Shown here one piece after another: positions 13,396 through 28,803 of a stretch of DNA of 64,000 nucleotides. The stretch spans positions 74,152,001 through 74,216,000 of the forward strand of contig NC_043006.1 in NCBI RefSeq assembly GCF_006345805.1, written 5' to 3'. The position numbers were made by a program, and so were the translations under genes. The notes beneath the pieces are model-generated. The model ran no database searches and was not told the origin of the DNA. It saw only the letters and a list, made by a program, of their open reading frames with translations. Source of the stretch: Octopus sinensis. Lineage: Eukaryota. The stretch's first letter is position 1; every line of letters begins with the position of its first letter.

Positions 13396-15494
13396 GTATG
13401 GATATATAATATATATAATGCATGTATAACTTATATACATATATTTATATAAATGTATATATATATATTTATTTGGTATACATACATGATATATATATAT
13501 ATCATGTTCAAGTATTTAGTTTAGGTTTCAGAGACCACTCGGAATATATCAAGAGCCTTATCCATTGCGACATAAACGAAATGCATTTCCACAGCAGAAA
13601 GTAATGTCCTTCCTTTTATTGTTCGATTTTATGCTTTGTAAACACTCAGCGTTTTCTGTTACATGTTCTGAATTACATCTTATAGTTATATTTTGTTGGT
13701 TTCATTATCCATTTACCATTCCTAAATATCTTGATCTTACAATAATTTCTCTAATGTCACTTACTTAACATTTACTTCTCGGTAAGTAACAAAACAAAAA
13801 CAAAAACAAATTTTGGTTTAACTCTTTGTTTTTGTACAACAACAGAATTAATGTAATTAGTTTCAGTGTTTTAAACTGTTGTATGTCGTGCAAAGTTCCC
13901 GCTATATATATAATAGACTTTGTATCAATTTCCACTATTCTACCATGACAGATAATAGCATTTTATTAATATGGTGCATACAATGATTTACTCATAAACA
14001 ATATGCCTTTTGTTATATAATAATTATTACTTAGAAATTTTAAGGTATTCATGTGTCTAATGCAGTTTTGGATCAATACGGAAGTTAAGTGAGAATTTAG
14101 AATCTGAGATTCGATACGGAACGGATTAACTCTGAAATTTTACGCTACTAAGTTCAAATCTTACTGAAGTTATCGATGTATTTGGTAATTCCATGTTCTA
14201 TGAAATGCGCCCCAGTAACACAGAGCGGAGGATTTTACATACAATATGACAGAGATCATTAGTTTACAAACAGTAGATTGTTTTTTGTTGTTCACGGTCC
14301 GCTTTGCAGGAAAGACACAAGTTGGGAGGAAATTGCAGGTGGGTCGAGGTTTTGGTAAAAAAAGGACTGGGTGTGCAAGGAAATTAGTGTAAGACCTGAG
14401 ATCGACATAACATGAGTGATTAGTGGAGAGTCGAATAGATCAGCTATGCCTTATAGGAGTGGTAGGAGTCCAGCTAACTTCGAGGAAAGGGAAACTTTAT
14501 AGGAGCTGTGGTACATGCAATAGAACAACTAATTAAAACTTTTACATTTTTCACATTCAGAAATTAATTCCCCCCGCTAGGTTGGTTCCTTGTTTATTTT
14601 CAGTCGTTACAGTATGTATCATATGTAGGAGTCGATTGAGTAGGTTTTATATTTCTCTTTTAAGATAAATAACCTTATCTTGACGCAAAAGTCGTTATTT
14701 GCGTGTATCTATCTACCTTACTGGAGCAAGAATCATCCTTCTTTTCTCGAACTCAAATTAAATAGGTTATACTCTGTGCGAAACAACATCATTTCTTCTC
14801 GAAATAAAATTACTTTTGATTGAACATAGCTAATGTATATTACATATCGACAAAATAAAATACCAGTTTATGGGCAAAGCTACGATACTTCCGACTTTGC
14901 AGTAGGTGGGTAAGAGTGCGCAAAGTAAATTCTTCGAACCCCACTGAAACAAAGCTGATCGAAAGCTACGAAAATCCCCACATAAAATCATTACTGTTCT
15001 GTATTATTTGAAAACCATTGTAAATTTAAAATTTAAGAATGTTACTAGAGAGCTGATTGATTATCACTTATAAGATTTGAGTTCGAGATCGTGAGCAGGA
15101 ACAATCGTTAACAGTCCTATCGGCATTTCGTCCGTCTTTACGTCCTGCGTTCAAATGCCACAGGGATCGACTTGGCCTTTCCTCCTTTCGGAGTCGATGA
15201 AATAAGTACCAGTCGATTACTGGGGTCTAAGTAATCGATTTAATCCTCTCCCTAAATTATTATCCTTGGGCCAAAATTTGAAACTAATATTAGATGTTTA
15301 AGGCAGACTCTTTAAATCATTCCTGTATTGAGAGCAACCGATTATACATTCAAATAATGTTATTTTCCTAGTGGGACTCAGTTTGTTACCCTTTCACTAC
15401 TATACATCTGCTGAAATATCATGCCTTTGATTCAATCAGTTTTAAAAATAATGAAGAATTTTATATTATAATTGTTATTATTAAATTGATGTTT

Positions 15495-15835
15495 AAGGCG
15501 GCGAGCTGGTAGAATCGTTAGCACGCCGGGCGAAATGCTTAGCAGTATTTCGTCTGACTTGAAATTCCGCCGAGATCGACTTTGCTTTTCATCCTTTCAG
15601 GGTCGATTAAATAAGTACCAGTTACGTACTGGGGTCGATATAATCGACTTAATTCGTTTGTCTGTTCTTGTTTGTCCCGTCTATGTTTAGCCCCATGTGG
15701 GTAGTAAAGAAGTAGGTATTTCACCCGTTACTACGTTCAGAGTTCAGGTTCCACCGTAGTCGACTTTGCTTTTCATCTTTCGGGGTCGATAAAATAAATA
15801 CCAGTTGAACACAGGGGTCGATGTAATTTACTCAT
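15495..15835 (+). mobile_element. SINE family A, head plus 2 bodies (second diverged)
   Basis: GGCGGCGAGCTGGTAGAATCGTTAGCACGCCGGGCG head; junction AAAGAAGTA|GGTATTTC at ~15716. Confidence 0.85.
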
Positions 15836-18089
15836 ACCAAGCTTCCCTTGTAGCAAAAATTTGAAATGAATTTTTAAACTGGTGCTTGGAACATAAGCAA
15901 ACATAAAATTTGGGTTGACGGTTTTTATTTCAACCACATTAAAACAAAGTTTGTATCACGAAGCCAGGGGCGTTTCCGAGTGGTTTGTTATCAAAAGGGT
16001 AGGGGAAGAGGGGAGTAGAAGTTTGTTGTATTCGTGCTGTAACTCATAATACATGGCAATCTCAGTACAGTTAGCTTTATTTGAGGATCGTTTAAGGCGA
16101 CAATGAAATTGTAACTGTGGACACCTACTTTGTTAAAGGCAGCAAACAAAAACTTCAAATCACACTGGCGATGCACAGCGTAATAGTAGACACCTTTTAT
16201 CCAGGCAAAACGAGCGAGTGGTTGCAGTTGAAACTCTTTTGATCAATGGTCTGCTCCATCAAGAAGGCGGAGAACATAAAAGTGCATAAGGAATAAGTTG
16301 AAGTTAATTACATTGTGTTATTAAGAAAACAAATATCTGTTACTATGGAAAAACAATACCTAATCAAACAAATAAGAAAACTTCATTAAATACTAGTACG
16401 CCGTCTGATAATGATTATGAAAACTAATTGTCGTTAAAATGGAATATGATTATAGTAATAATCCAATTTCATACTATGTGATTACAACATTAAGCAGTAC
16501 ATGTATATGCAATTTATGACACAAGAATATTTTCAAAGGGCTTTTTTCTGCATGATGAAATGACAGTTAATCGCCGGCTACAGAACTTAAGATTGTAATT
16601 TCAGAAATAGCTTTTAATGAATTCAAGTCATGAAAGTAATGAGCAAAAATGTCAGCGATTGTAAAAGTCAATTTTAAAAAGGGCGAAAGGCAAAGTCGAT
16701 CTGGGTGTTATTTGAATTGAGAACGTAAAAAGCAGGAAATGAATACCGGAAAAAGATTCAGTGCAGTAACAATTCATTACCGGTCATCCTCTTAATGAAC
16801 TGAAATTTTGACGCATAAAATTTCTTCACAAGTTTCATGTACATGAAGACTGTATAATTAGATTCACAATAACACGCTTAAACAATGCAAATTTTGGAGG
16901 AACTCGAGTTATACACAAACTTGCTCCGAAATTTTACCATATGTTTCAAAATCAAACTTCCTCTTTTGTGGCTAAGACACCCATTTTGGTTTCGTATTTG
17001 ACGTCGCTGTTTCGACGCCAGCTTATTTGCCTTCAGAAGTTTAATGTTTCTTTCGATCTCTCTCCTTCATCACAAGGAGACGGAAAGTATTTCTGTCAAT
17101 CGTATTCAATTCTTCCCTACTCTTTCTCCACCCATCTGCACGTTTACGCCTTACGTGCGCGTTTGCGCATACGCACGTACGTTTGTGCTTGTGTGTGTTT
17201 GTATCCAGTGCCAAAGTATGGCCAAAATTGACTCTCTGTCCACTCAGCTTTGTCAAATCGCCAATGTCCTAAACCATACACACAACTGTCGCATTTAACA
17301 AGGAAATTATCTCCTCTGTCTTTCCATAACGAATACGGCTATTCTGTTCATCATAGTTATGGTTTCAAATGATAAGAAAATTATCATTTTCTGTGCAGCA
17401 CATAATGTATGGTAGTCTAAAATTAAGTAACTCATTTATGTTTTGTGTATAAGTCTATATTTCATTTGGTTAACAGATTATGTAGAACACTAGGGGAGCA
17501 TTTTTCCGCTACAGTCTTCCGTAGTCAATGATATGTCATGAATACTTTCATCGAAATAGATTACTCTCTTTTAAGTATTTATTTATTTATAACTTAAGCA
17601 TCAATTATCAAATATAAATAAGACTAACAATCGATTATATAGTCTCCAGTACGTAACTGATACTTGATTTTTCAAACATCGGAAGAACGAAGAACAAGCT
17701 TGACCCACGTGTGATTTGAACTTAGAACTTAAATTTCTCTAATCAAATACCACAAGATCTTTTAATGCTAACGATTCTGCTAATCCACCACCCTTGCTAT
17801 TTGAAATATTCAATTCTTTCCTTGGCATTTGGAATGAGGAAGAAGTTGACTATAGCGAACTCAAGACTTGACTTACATTTATTTTTATCGGTCCGGTAAA
17901 ATGAAAGCCAAAATTGAGTTCAATGGTACTTGAGTACAGAGGCTAAAGAGACACAACAAAATCTGGAAGGCATTATTCTGTGTTTTAAAGATTTTTTGGA
18001 TTCAGAATATTAATATTTTCTACATATTCACATAATACGTTCTAAGGCAAATGGACGCATATTATTTGTTATCATATTTTCATCTTTAT

Positions 18090-18840
18090 TCATTTGATTT
18101 TAGTCATTGGACTGTGGTGATAGTGTGCACCACCCTGAAGTGTTTTAGTCGTATATATCGATTCCTGTATCTATTTTTGAAGTTTGGTAGATATTCCTCC
18201 TGTTTCTTTTGCAGACACAAAAACACACATTCCCGCATTGACATGCATATAAGTGTAGGAGTACCGGTCTGGATATGCTTGCTTCCAAATCATATGGGCT
18301 TGGACTCATTCCCAATGCGCGGTACGTTGGGTCAGATACTTTACTAAGACCCGGACCGACCAAAGTCTTGTGTGCGAATTTAGTAGGCGGAAACTGGTAG
18401 AAGACGTTTGTGTGTGTGTGTGTGTTTGCTTGCTTGCTTGCTTGAGTATATGAGTGTGTCTATACCTTTGTGTTTGTCCTTTCCCCACATCACCGTTTAA
18501 CACACCGGGGTTGGTTTGTTTTCGTCTCTGTAACCTAGTGATTTAGCAAAGGAAAACAATAGAATAAGAAGCAGGCTTTTAAAAATACTGAGGTCGATTT
18601 GTGTGACTGAATCCTTCAAAACGGTGTCCCAGTATGGTCGCAGCCCAATGACGGCGAAACAAGTAAAAGAAACACACAAAAAGCTTTCACACAATTTCCG
18701 TCTATCAATTTCACTCAGAAGGCTTCGGTTTGCAAATAGATATAACAGAAGACACTCGCCCAAGGTGCTGCGCAATGGGCCTGAACTTTAACCGTATGGA
18801 TGAAAAGTGAGCTACTTGACCACTCATCAACGCCTCCTGT
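18090..18840. mobile_element. Cluster of diverged family B SINE copies in both orientations
   Basis: Plus copy ~18255-18670; minus fragments ~18090-18200 and ~18680-18840. Confidence 0.7.
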
Positions 18841-18924
18841 TCACAACGGATTTTTTTTCAGAAGCCTTTGTTACTATCATTTTTAAAAACTTCACTTATA
18901 AACTTCTCAGATGCTACCCGTTCA

Positions 18925-19777
18925 TTTCTTTTCTACTCTAGGCACACGGCCTGAATTTTGGTGGGAGGGGGCCAGTCGACAAGATCGACCCAAGTACGTA
19001 ACTGGTACTTAATTTATCGACCTCGAAGAGATGAAAAGCAAAGTCGACCTCGGTGGAATTTGAAGACAGACGAAATACTGCTAAGCATTTTGCCCGGCAT
19101 GCTGGCGTTTCTTATTTCTTTATTGATCACAAGGGGCTAAACACAGAGGGGCAAACAAGGACAAAGGGATTAAGTCGATAACGTCGACCCCAGTGCGTAG
19201 CTGGTATTTAATTTATCGACCCGAAAGAATGAAAGGCAAAGTCGACCTCGTTGGAATTTGAACTCAGAACGTAAAGACAGACGAAATACTGCTAAGCATT
19301 TTGCCCGGTGTGCTAACGTTTCTTATTTCTTTATTACCCACAAGGTGCTAAACACAGAGGGGCCAAACAAGGACAGACAAACGGATTAAGTCGATTACAT
19401 CGACCCCGGTGCGTAATTGGTACTTAATTTATCGATCCCGGAAGGATGAAATGTAAAGTCGACCTCGGCGGGTTTTGGACTCAACGTAACAGCAGACGAA
19501 ATACTTATTTCTTTACTACCCACAACTGGTAGTTAATTTATCGACTACCCACAACTGGTAGTTAATTTATCGACCCTGAAAGGATGAAAAGCAAAGTCGA
19601 CATCGGTGGAATTTGAACTCAGACCATATTTCAAATTTTTCATAAAAATTCTTTTGCTTTATAAAGGATATCAGAAACCAGAAATTATAATAGAGGGATG
19701 TTTTTATAGATCTAAGCAGACGAACTACCACAATGTATTTCGCCAGGCGTGTTAACGTTTCTGCCAGCTCACCACCT
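18925..19777 (-). mobile_element. SINE family A multimer with an internal foreign insertion
   Basis: Head at ~19720-19777, about 4 bodies, two junction types, and a ~29-bp tandem duplication at ~19516-19573. Confidence 0.85.
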
Positions 19778-20385
19778 TGACCCCTCTTCATTTCGATAAA
19801 AGTTATTTAATTATTCGCTCTACTCAGTTACCTCTTTATTGAGCTAGCCTGAGAAAATGGTAGGGCATTCCATGGACAGAATTCTTAGCGTTTCCCCGTG
19901 ACTATGCTTTACCGTGAAATACGTGTACAATTCATTTAACAGTATTCCACACAGTTTCCGTAGATCCCATTCCATTCACATTGTTATCATAAATGACATT
20001 CTCCCAAGATAAATGCCAGGCTGTGGATTTGAAATATGGTTGCTCTTAGATCTATAAAAACATCCCCCTATTATAATTTCTGGTTTCTGATATCCTTTAT
20101 AAAGCAAAAGAATTTTTATGAAAAATATAAAAATTTTTTATGGATTATTATAATTTGAAATTATTATTATACAAATGCATGGTTTTATTTATGTGATTCT
20201 GTGAATAGAAATTCTTCAACTCAATCGCAACTTTAGATTTTTCAATGAAATATTACTTCTTCAGTTCCACTTCAGTAACAGGCGAAAATCAAACAAATAC
20301 ACTATCGTAAATCTTGTTCGTATCTCATTTCAATTCCATTGTTTAATGACCTCGCATCATATAAGTGTATGTGTATGTGTATATG

Positions 20386-20428
<43 letters not shown>

Positions 20429-22902
20429 ATACGTATATATATATATGTATGTGTATATATATATATATATATATATCTATATATATATATGTGTGTGTAT
20501 ATATGTATATATGTATGTATATATATATGTGTGTGTGTGTGTATATATATATGTATATATATATATATGTGTGTGTGTATATATATGTATGTGTGTATAT
20601 ATATGTATATATATATGTATATATATATATGTATATATATATGTGTGTGTGTATATGTATATATATATGTGTTTATATATATATATGTATATGTGTTTAT
20701 ACATATGTATGTATATATATATATATGTAGCGTGTGTGAGTTTATGTATGTATGCATGTATATATTTGAATGTGCGTGTGTGCGTTTGCGTGTGTGCTTC
20801 AATGTTTCCAAAGACAGAAAATTAATATTGCTCTCAGAAAGAGAATATTGATTTAATCTCAATACATTTATATTTTCAAGAAAGACTTGCTGGACTGAAT
20901 CTCACACATTTTAGGCATAAAATATCTAAACTATCTGAGTCAATAACTTAGTCTAGACTATAATCAATTTATAACCTTTACCTAACACGGATATCAAATA
21001 CAATTAGAAAATAGGATAAACTTTTTTCGGTGTGTATATATAACTGTTAGCAATCGAAATCTTTCCAATATTAAAATCGTTTTCTAGTTGAAGTTGCTGA
21101 TATCAAATTTAACAGTAGCCTCTTCAATAACGAACTCTGGATGGCAGTACTTCAATTTCGTTATATGGCAATGATTAATATAGTTCCGGAAAGTATGAAC
21201 TACCTATCATCCTTTATTTTCTTCAGTCAATAGTGCTATTTGTTGGCATTACTTTTACTTATGTATATATTGTAGTAATATAAATAATATTTATTCGTTA
21301 CTTCACAGTTCTGTTGAACAAGATGTAAACGATTTTATATAAAGGATCTGTGAATCTAGTTTTGCAATGGTGGCTCCAATCTATATTACAAACTAAAACT
21401 ACTGACTTCCTGGAGAATGGTACGAACATTACAAACATTTATTTTCATTTAGTTTATATCTTTAATTTTGTAACTGTGTATGAAATCACTCTTACTTTCT
21501 TTGTAATATAAATCATGTGCCTGGCAATTTGCATATACACAATACACAAAACATATACACAATGACAAAAGCATAACACTCGAATTCATACAACGCCATC
21601 ATTAGGAATTTGTATTAATCATTGAATTTACGTCAGTGATTGAAATTTGGAATGTAATTGATCATCGCATTATACAAAGATAAGCGGATTTTTAGTTAAT
21701 CCACGCATTACTAATGTTGATTTATATGAATTTCAAGGCCAATGGAGGAATATTGAAAGATCTCTGCAGTAGGTTTTAAAATATAAAACATTATCGTTAT
21801 ATCGAAAGCTTATGAGTTATTTACGGATTTAAAACAAAATTCTAAATAAACAAATTGTGTCTGTCACTGATTACTAGTTTCCAACAGACCAATATTTGTC
21901 GTTGAGATTAACAAGGGAATATCTCCAACTACGTCCGAAAAGCATAGGCTATATTCTCCTTGGTGTTTCCGCCGATATTTACACAATTATCTAATATATA
22001 TCAGCGGAAACCACGCATGCACACCAACATGCGCCTCACTCACGCACACAGTCACGCATATACATATGTATGCGAATGTGGGTTCTCTACAGTTACCGTC
22101 AAACAACTTGGTTTTGCTAAGTATTTACCAGTCAGAGACTATTATAGAAGACATTCCCATAAGGCACCGCACTGTGAGATCAAGCGATTTGGCGGAACCA
22201 AGTATTTGCGAAGCGTTTTATTAATTGCATAATTATACCTGCGTCATTGTATACCTGCATCAAGGCATTACAGGGTACGATTTATTTGATTCCTAAAATC
22301 TTTAGAAATAAATGAGCGTACAATGCACAGGTCTTACGGTGCATAACCCCTATTTTTCCGGAAATTTACTGCTGAGTTTTCTTGGGGAAACATCTTCTTT
22401 AATTGGAATTTCAATGATTTAGTCAGAGAAGGAAGAACAGCTTCTGTGACAAGATGCCAAGAGCACCTTGACAAGACACAGTAAAACGAAAATGTCAGAT
22501 CGAAGATCTTCAAAACGCTTACAATGATGTTGACGTCACTAAAGGCAATCAAGGACTAGGTGACGTCTCCGCTACCACAACAAAAAACAGGAACGATCAC
22601 GAGATGGGATACCAGACAGGCCAGCGTAGATCTATATTCTTGGAGGCTCCTGCCTAATGGTTATGACGTTGGATGCATTCATCATAACATTGTAGTCTCG
22701 GTTCCTGGACAAGGGGATGCATGATTAATAGAAGTATCTAGTATTCCATGTGTATTCATCATATCAAAATGGGAAATTGAGAATGTTATTATAGTTCAAT
22801 TTGTTTGAAATCTACAGTTGCGTAGGTCACAGAGTACATACAGAAGGCGAAAGAAAGCAGGAGTCTGTTTATGAAGAAACTCACCTCTTTTGTTTTGCTT
22901 AA

Positions 22903-23590
<688 letters not shown>

Positions 23591-24537
23591 TCTATTATAC
23601 ATTATGAGAGGGAGAAAGAGAGAGAGAGAACCAGTGTTGACGTCATACACACTCGCGTACATCAGTGTGACTGATCAGTGCTTGTCTTTAATTTTAAAGG
23701 ATAGTGTCCTTAAGTTTAAAAGATTTACAGAGGCTAATATATTCATTACACTGCATTCAACATAAAAAGAAAGCAGTCCAGTAGATATAGAAACTAACAA
23801 TAGAACACTCTCCATTCAAGAATAAAATTGATATTGATAAACCCTCGGTTTCTATCCTTTATAAACCTAACTTCAAGTATTAAGTATATCTTAATCGATT
23901 TTCGTGAAGTTTTTCAGATAAAACTATTGTAAATGCTATCTTAACTTTAAATCTTTCAAAAAATAAAAGCTATTCAGGTAAAAATGTATCGATGTTTGGA
24001 GTGGCCAAAATACGAATTGTTAACATTTAAGTTTGCTAAATATCTGAAATTGTATAGAAGTTCAATTGAAATCTGTGTGCATTCTCAGGGGAATAATGCC
24101 TTTTGTTCAATCTTTCTGTTTTCTTTCAAAGGTATTCTAACACATAATGCTATAATCTCTTACGATATACTCTCGATCATAAAACCTCCCGTTAAATACA
24201 GTTCCTCTAAATAGTATATCAGAGCAGTATGTATGCATACAGACATCTATGTAGACCCACATATAGCTGGCTTAGAAATTTGGCCGCCTTATATATTATC
24301 TAAATTTATAATACCGTTTCATGTACAGGGTAGACTGAACTGTATTCGACAGGCTGTTGGTATGAATAATCCTGGCGTCTTAAGGCTAATAACTCTTGAC
24401 GTTTGAATTCCTGAGGTTGACTAGGAGTAGTGTTTATTGCAACTACGCAGGTATACGGTTTTCAGATGACAAATCTTATGCATACATAAGTACATCATAT
24501 CTACAAATATATATATATATGAATGTATATATATATC

Positions 24538-24619
<82 letters not shown>

Positions 24620-24624
<5 letters not shown>

Positions 24625-24838
24625 ATTTGGCGTGTTTACGTCCCCGTAACTTCTCGGTTCGGTAAAAGAAATGATAAAATGTGTACCAGGTTTTGAAAGA
24701 TAAGTCCTGAGGTTAATTCATTTGACTAAATGTTCTTCACGCTGGTACTTCGGCATGAAGGTGCAACGCAGTGGGACTGAACCCGGAACCATGTGGTTCG
24801 TAAGCAAGCTACTTACCACACAGCCAATCCTACGCTTA
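24620..24838. mobile_element. Family B 3' fragment (+) joined to a family B head (-)
   Basis: GTGTTTACGTCCCCGTAAC..., then reverse complement of the head at 24758-24838. Confidence 0.7.
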
Positions 24839-25510
24839 CATACTGTATATACTTGTGCGTGCAAATATTTCTATTCATATAATTAATCCCGAATGATTAT
24901 CACTTTCAATTGAAAACAGATCAGCATTTCTGAACAAGCAAATTTGATGCGTGTCAGGTAATTAACATCGAAGGATCACTTTAAGCAGGCTGAGGGATTA
25001 AAGAATCTTCCTACGTAGGTCATGGTAGAATTTGAACTCACAACTATGGGGCCGGAAAAAATAAAAGACATTCAACGATATTCTCACAGTTTACCCAAAT
25101 TATCAAACTGGTTTGAAAGAATGAGAGAACGAAAGACGGAAATTTGACTTCGATAGAATTGGAATCCCGAGCACAGAACTCGGATCCTCCTGTAGAAAGC
25201 AAAACTCCGAGTCTGGAATTCTCTTGTTGTTCAACAGGGAGAGATAAAGAAAGTTTGAAAATTTTAGATTAGTGCTAATGAAAGAATAGGAAGGACACAC
25301 AGATATCAAATTAGAAATTAATGGAAGGTAGAGCCACAATGAATGTACATAATTGGTTAACATTATATTCAACTTTTTCTCAATCATTTAGTTTCTCCTC
25401 AAAATTACCACGCTCTTCCAAACTCTTTATGTTCCTCTCTCGTGCGCACGTACGCACCCACATTCCTTCTTACTCAGTTGCGTCAGATAACACTATATAC
25501 GTGAATGCAT

Positions 25511-25542
<32 letters not shown>

Positions 25543-25549
25543 TATATAT

Positions 25550-25641
<92 letters not shown>

Positions 25642-25914
25642 CATACACTTATGTGTTTGCGTATGGGAATGTGTGTTCGTGTGTGTGCATTTGTATGAAT
25701 TTAATAACGAATTTATAGGAGTGAAAAACACTGGTCTGCTGAGAGATAATATACCCTGCGGTGTAATTTAGACCGATGTCATTCCTCCATTATGGCTTAC
25801 AGGAAATTGTCGCTAACCACGAGGCCTGTTTTCAGTTTCCTGTTTCTAGTTAAAAATTGCCGACTCTCAGCATGTAACCATTAGTATTAGATCACTCTTG
25901 TAAATCTAATTAAA

Positions 25915-25937
25915 GTATATATATATATATATATATG

Positions 25938-25974
<37 letters not shown>

Positions 25975-26433
25975 CATATATATGTGTATATATATACATA
26001 TGTATGTATGTATGTATATATATACATATATATGTGTATATATATATATATCATATGTATGTATGTATGTTATATATATATATATAGATATGTATGTATA
26101 TATATATATATATACATATGTATGTATGTATATATTATATATATGTATGTATATATATATATATACATATGTATGTATGTATATATATATACATATGTAT
26201 GTATGTATATATATATACATATGTATGTATGTTATATATATACATATGTATGTATATATATATATATATATATATACATATGTATGTATGTATATATAAT
26301 ATATACATATGTAGGTATGTATGTATGTATATATACATATGTAGGTATGTATGTATGTATATATACATATGTAGGTATGTATGTATGTATATATATATAC
26401 ATATGTAGGTAGTATGTATGTATATATATATAT

Positions 26434-26499
<66 letters not shown>
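25915..26499. repeat. Compound (TA)n/(TATG)n microsatellite
   Basis: Seen directly. Similar long tracts at 3610-3885, 12940-13500, 20365-20760, 32139-32580 and 63780-64000. Confidence 0.97.
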
Positions 26500-26502
<3 letters not shown>

Positions 26503-26754
26503 TTTCTGCAAACAAAATGAATTACTATTTATAGCATACAATTTTAATTCTTGATTTGTTGAAATTATTTCTGATGATTCTGGAGATGGAAATTAATTGT
26601 TTAGTGGCAGTCGTCACCAATTTCATATAGGAAGACGATATAAGATCAAGACTCAACAATTTACCAAAACTGACAAACATGATTATCTTCATAGTCGTAA
26701 GAAGTAAAATAACAGACTAATTTACATAAAAGGTATAGCGGAATCACTATCAAA

Positions 26755-27095
26755 TCATTGGGTTGCGGCCATGTTGGAGCACCACTTTCAAGGGTTTTAG
26801 TCAAATGAATAGACCCGAGTGCTTGCTTTTTAAAACTTGGTATTTATTCTATCGATCACTTTGGCCGAACTGGTAAGTTTCCGTATATAAACTGACCAGC
26901 ATTGGTTGTCAATGTTAGAGAGGGACACACATAAACACAAAGACACAAAGACACAAACACATGTAGATGTATACTAAATCCAGTCACAAAGCTTTTGTCA
27001 CTTCGCGGCAAGAGTAGAACCCACCTGTCCAAGACTGGACACGGAAGCATGTTGTTGAGAAGCAAACGTTTATTGAGACAGTCACGCCTGCACTT
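26755..27095 (-). mobile_element. Diverged SINE family B
   Basis: GCGGCCATGTTGGAGCACCAC tail reverse complement; head remnant at ~27040-27095. Confidence 0.7.
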
Positions 27096-27294
27096 AAGAA
27101 AATATAATCAACTTTTCTGAGACAATGATAAATCTTTCCCAACTGCAAACTGACATACCTGATATCTTAGCTACCAATATCGGGTGGCTTGGTTCTTCTA
27201 TCTTTTATTTTTCTTTCATTTATTTCACTGATTGTGTTTATTTTAGTGATTATATTTGATATTTTATCCAAGTCTGGTTCACTACGATAATGTA

Positions 27295-27520
27295 GAAGTG
27301 CGTGGTTTAGTGTTTAGGGTGCTGGACTCCTGATCGTAAGATTGTGGTATCGATTCCTGGACTGGGTGACACGTTGTGTTCTTGAGCAAAACACCTCATT
27401 TCAAATTGTTCCAGTCCACTCAGCTGGGAAAAACTAGTAATCCTGGGACGGACTGTGATCCCATCCAGGTGGGAAATATATAGGCTAAGGAAACTAGCTC
27501 TTATGAGTTGGTATCACTCA
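27295..27520 (+). mobile_element. tRNA-derived SINE, family D-like
   Basis: A/B-box head and GTGTTCTTGAGCAAAACAC...CCACTCAGCTG core. Confidence 0.7.
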
Positions 27521-28195
27521 GAAAGGAATACACTACTATACTGAATGTTTTATCTTTTAATCAGGAGCGAAGGCATTCCCCAAGATCCTTTACTTGACCT
27601 CCTAGGCTGGTTGGTAGGAGAGAGTTAGGAAACTAGTACCAAAACGGAGGCTTGTTTAAAATAGTTAAACAAAATCAATTCAGTTAAACCCTTTTCTCTG
27701 TATGGAGCAAAGGGTTTCAATGATTTTTCTCCACTGTTTTCAACTTCTTCAGGTTTTGTTGGATGGTTTTATATTGTCTTCGATGCTTCTGTAACTTTTT
27801 TTCTTCGTAGGGATGATTGCCTCATGAAATCCCGGTTTCACCTTTCATAAAAGATGGATTTGCATCTATTCTTTGGTCTCTCCAGCATGAGGGATCTTAT
27901 CACAAGCTTGTACATCGCATGCGTAGTTCTTAGCTTCATGGGGGAACAGAAGCAACCATACATCATTGACTGAACATTGTGGTGGTTGCAACAGAATGGA
28001 CACCACACGATCACTCAAGATGCTAGACGTTGATTTAAGCAGGACGAGGGATTAAAGAATCTACCTACGTAAGTCTTGGTAAAATCTGAACTCAGAACGC
28101 CAAGGGTTGGAAAAATACAGCACAAGACATTCAACGCCGCTGTCACAGTTTGACAAAACCACCGCACTAGAATTCCGAGCAGAGATACTCGGAAC

Positions 28196-28803
28196 ATATA
28201 CCTATTTCTTTACTACCCACAAGGGGTTAAACACAGAGAGGACAAACAAGGACAGACAAAGGGATTAAGTTGATTATATCGACTCCAGTGCGTAACTGGT
28301 ACTTATTTACTCGACTCCGAATGGATGGAAGGTAAAGTCGACCACGGGGGAATTTGAACTCAGAACGTAAAGAGAAACGAAATACCTATTTCTTTACTGC
28401 CCACAAGGGGCTAAACACACAGAGAACAAACAAGGACAGACAAAGGGATTAAGTCGATTACATCGACTCCAGTGCGTAACTGGTACTTATTTACTCGACC
28501 CCGAATGGATGGAAGGTAAAGTCGACCACGGGGGAATTTGAACTCAGAATGTAAAGAGAAACGAAATACCTATTTCTTTACTACCCACAAGGGGCTAAAC
28601 ACACAGAGAACAAACAAGGACAGACAAAGGGATTAAGTCGATTACATCGACTCCAGTGCGTACATTGTACTTATTTACTCGACACCGAAAAGATGAAACG
28701 GCAAAGTCGACCACGGTGGAATTTGAACTCAGAACGTAGCGGCAGACGAAATACCACTAAGCATTTCGCCCGGCGTGCTAACGTTTCTGCCAGCTCACCG
28801 CCT
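28196..28803 (-). mobile_element. SINE family A: head plus 3 bodies, TSD TACTCGGAAC
   Basis: TSD 28186-28195 / 28804-28813; same junction between bodies. Confidence 0.9.

Noticed and set aside
14290-14520. Purine-rich stretch faintly like an RTE LINE RT (KGL...KT)
   Set aside because: Too degenerate to call.
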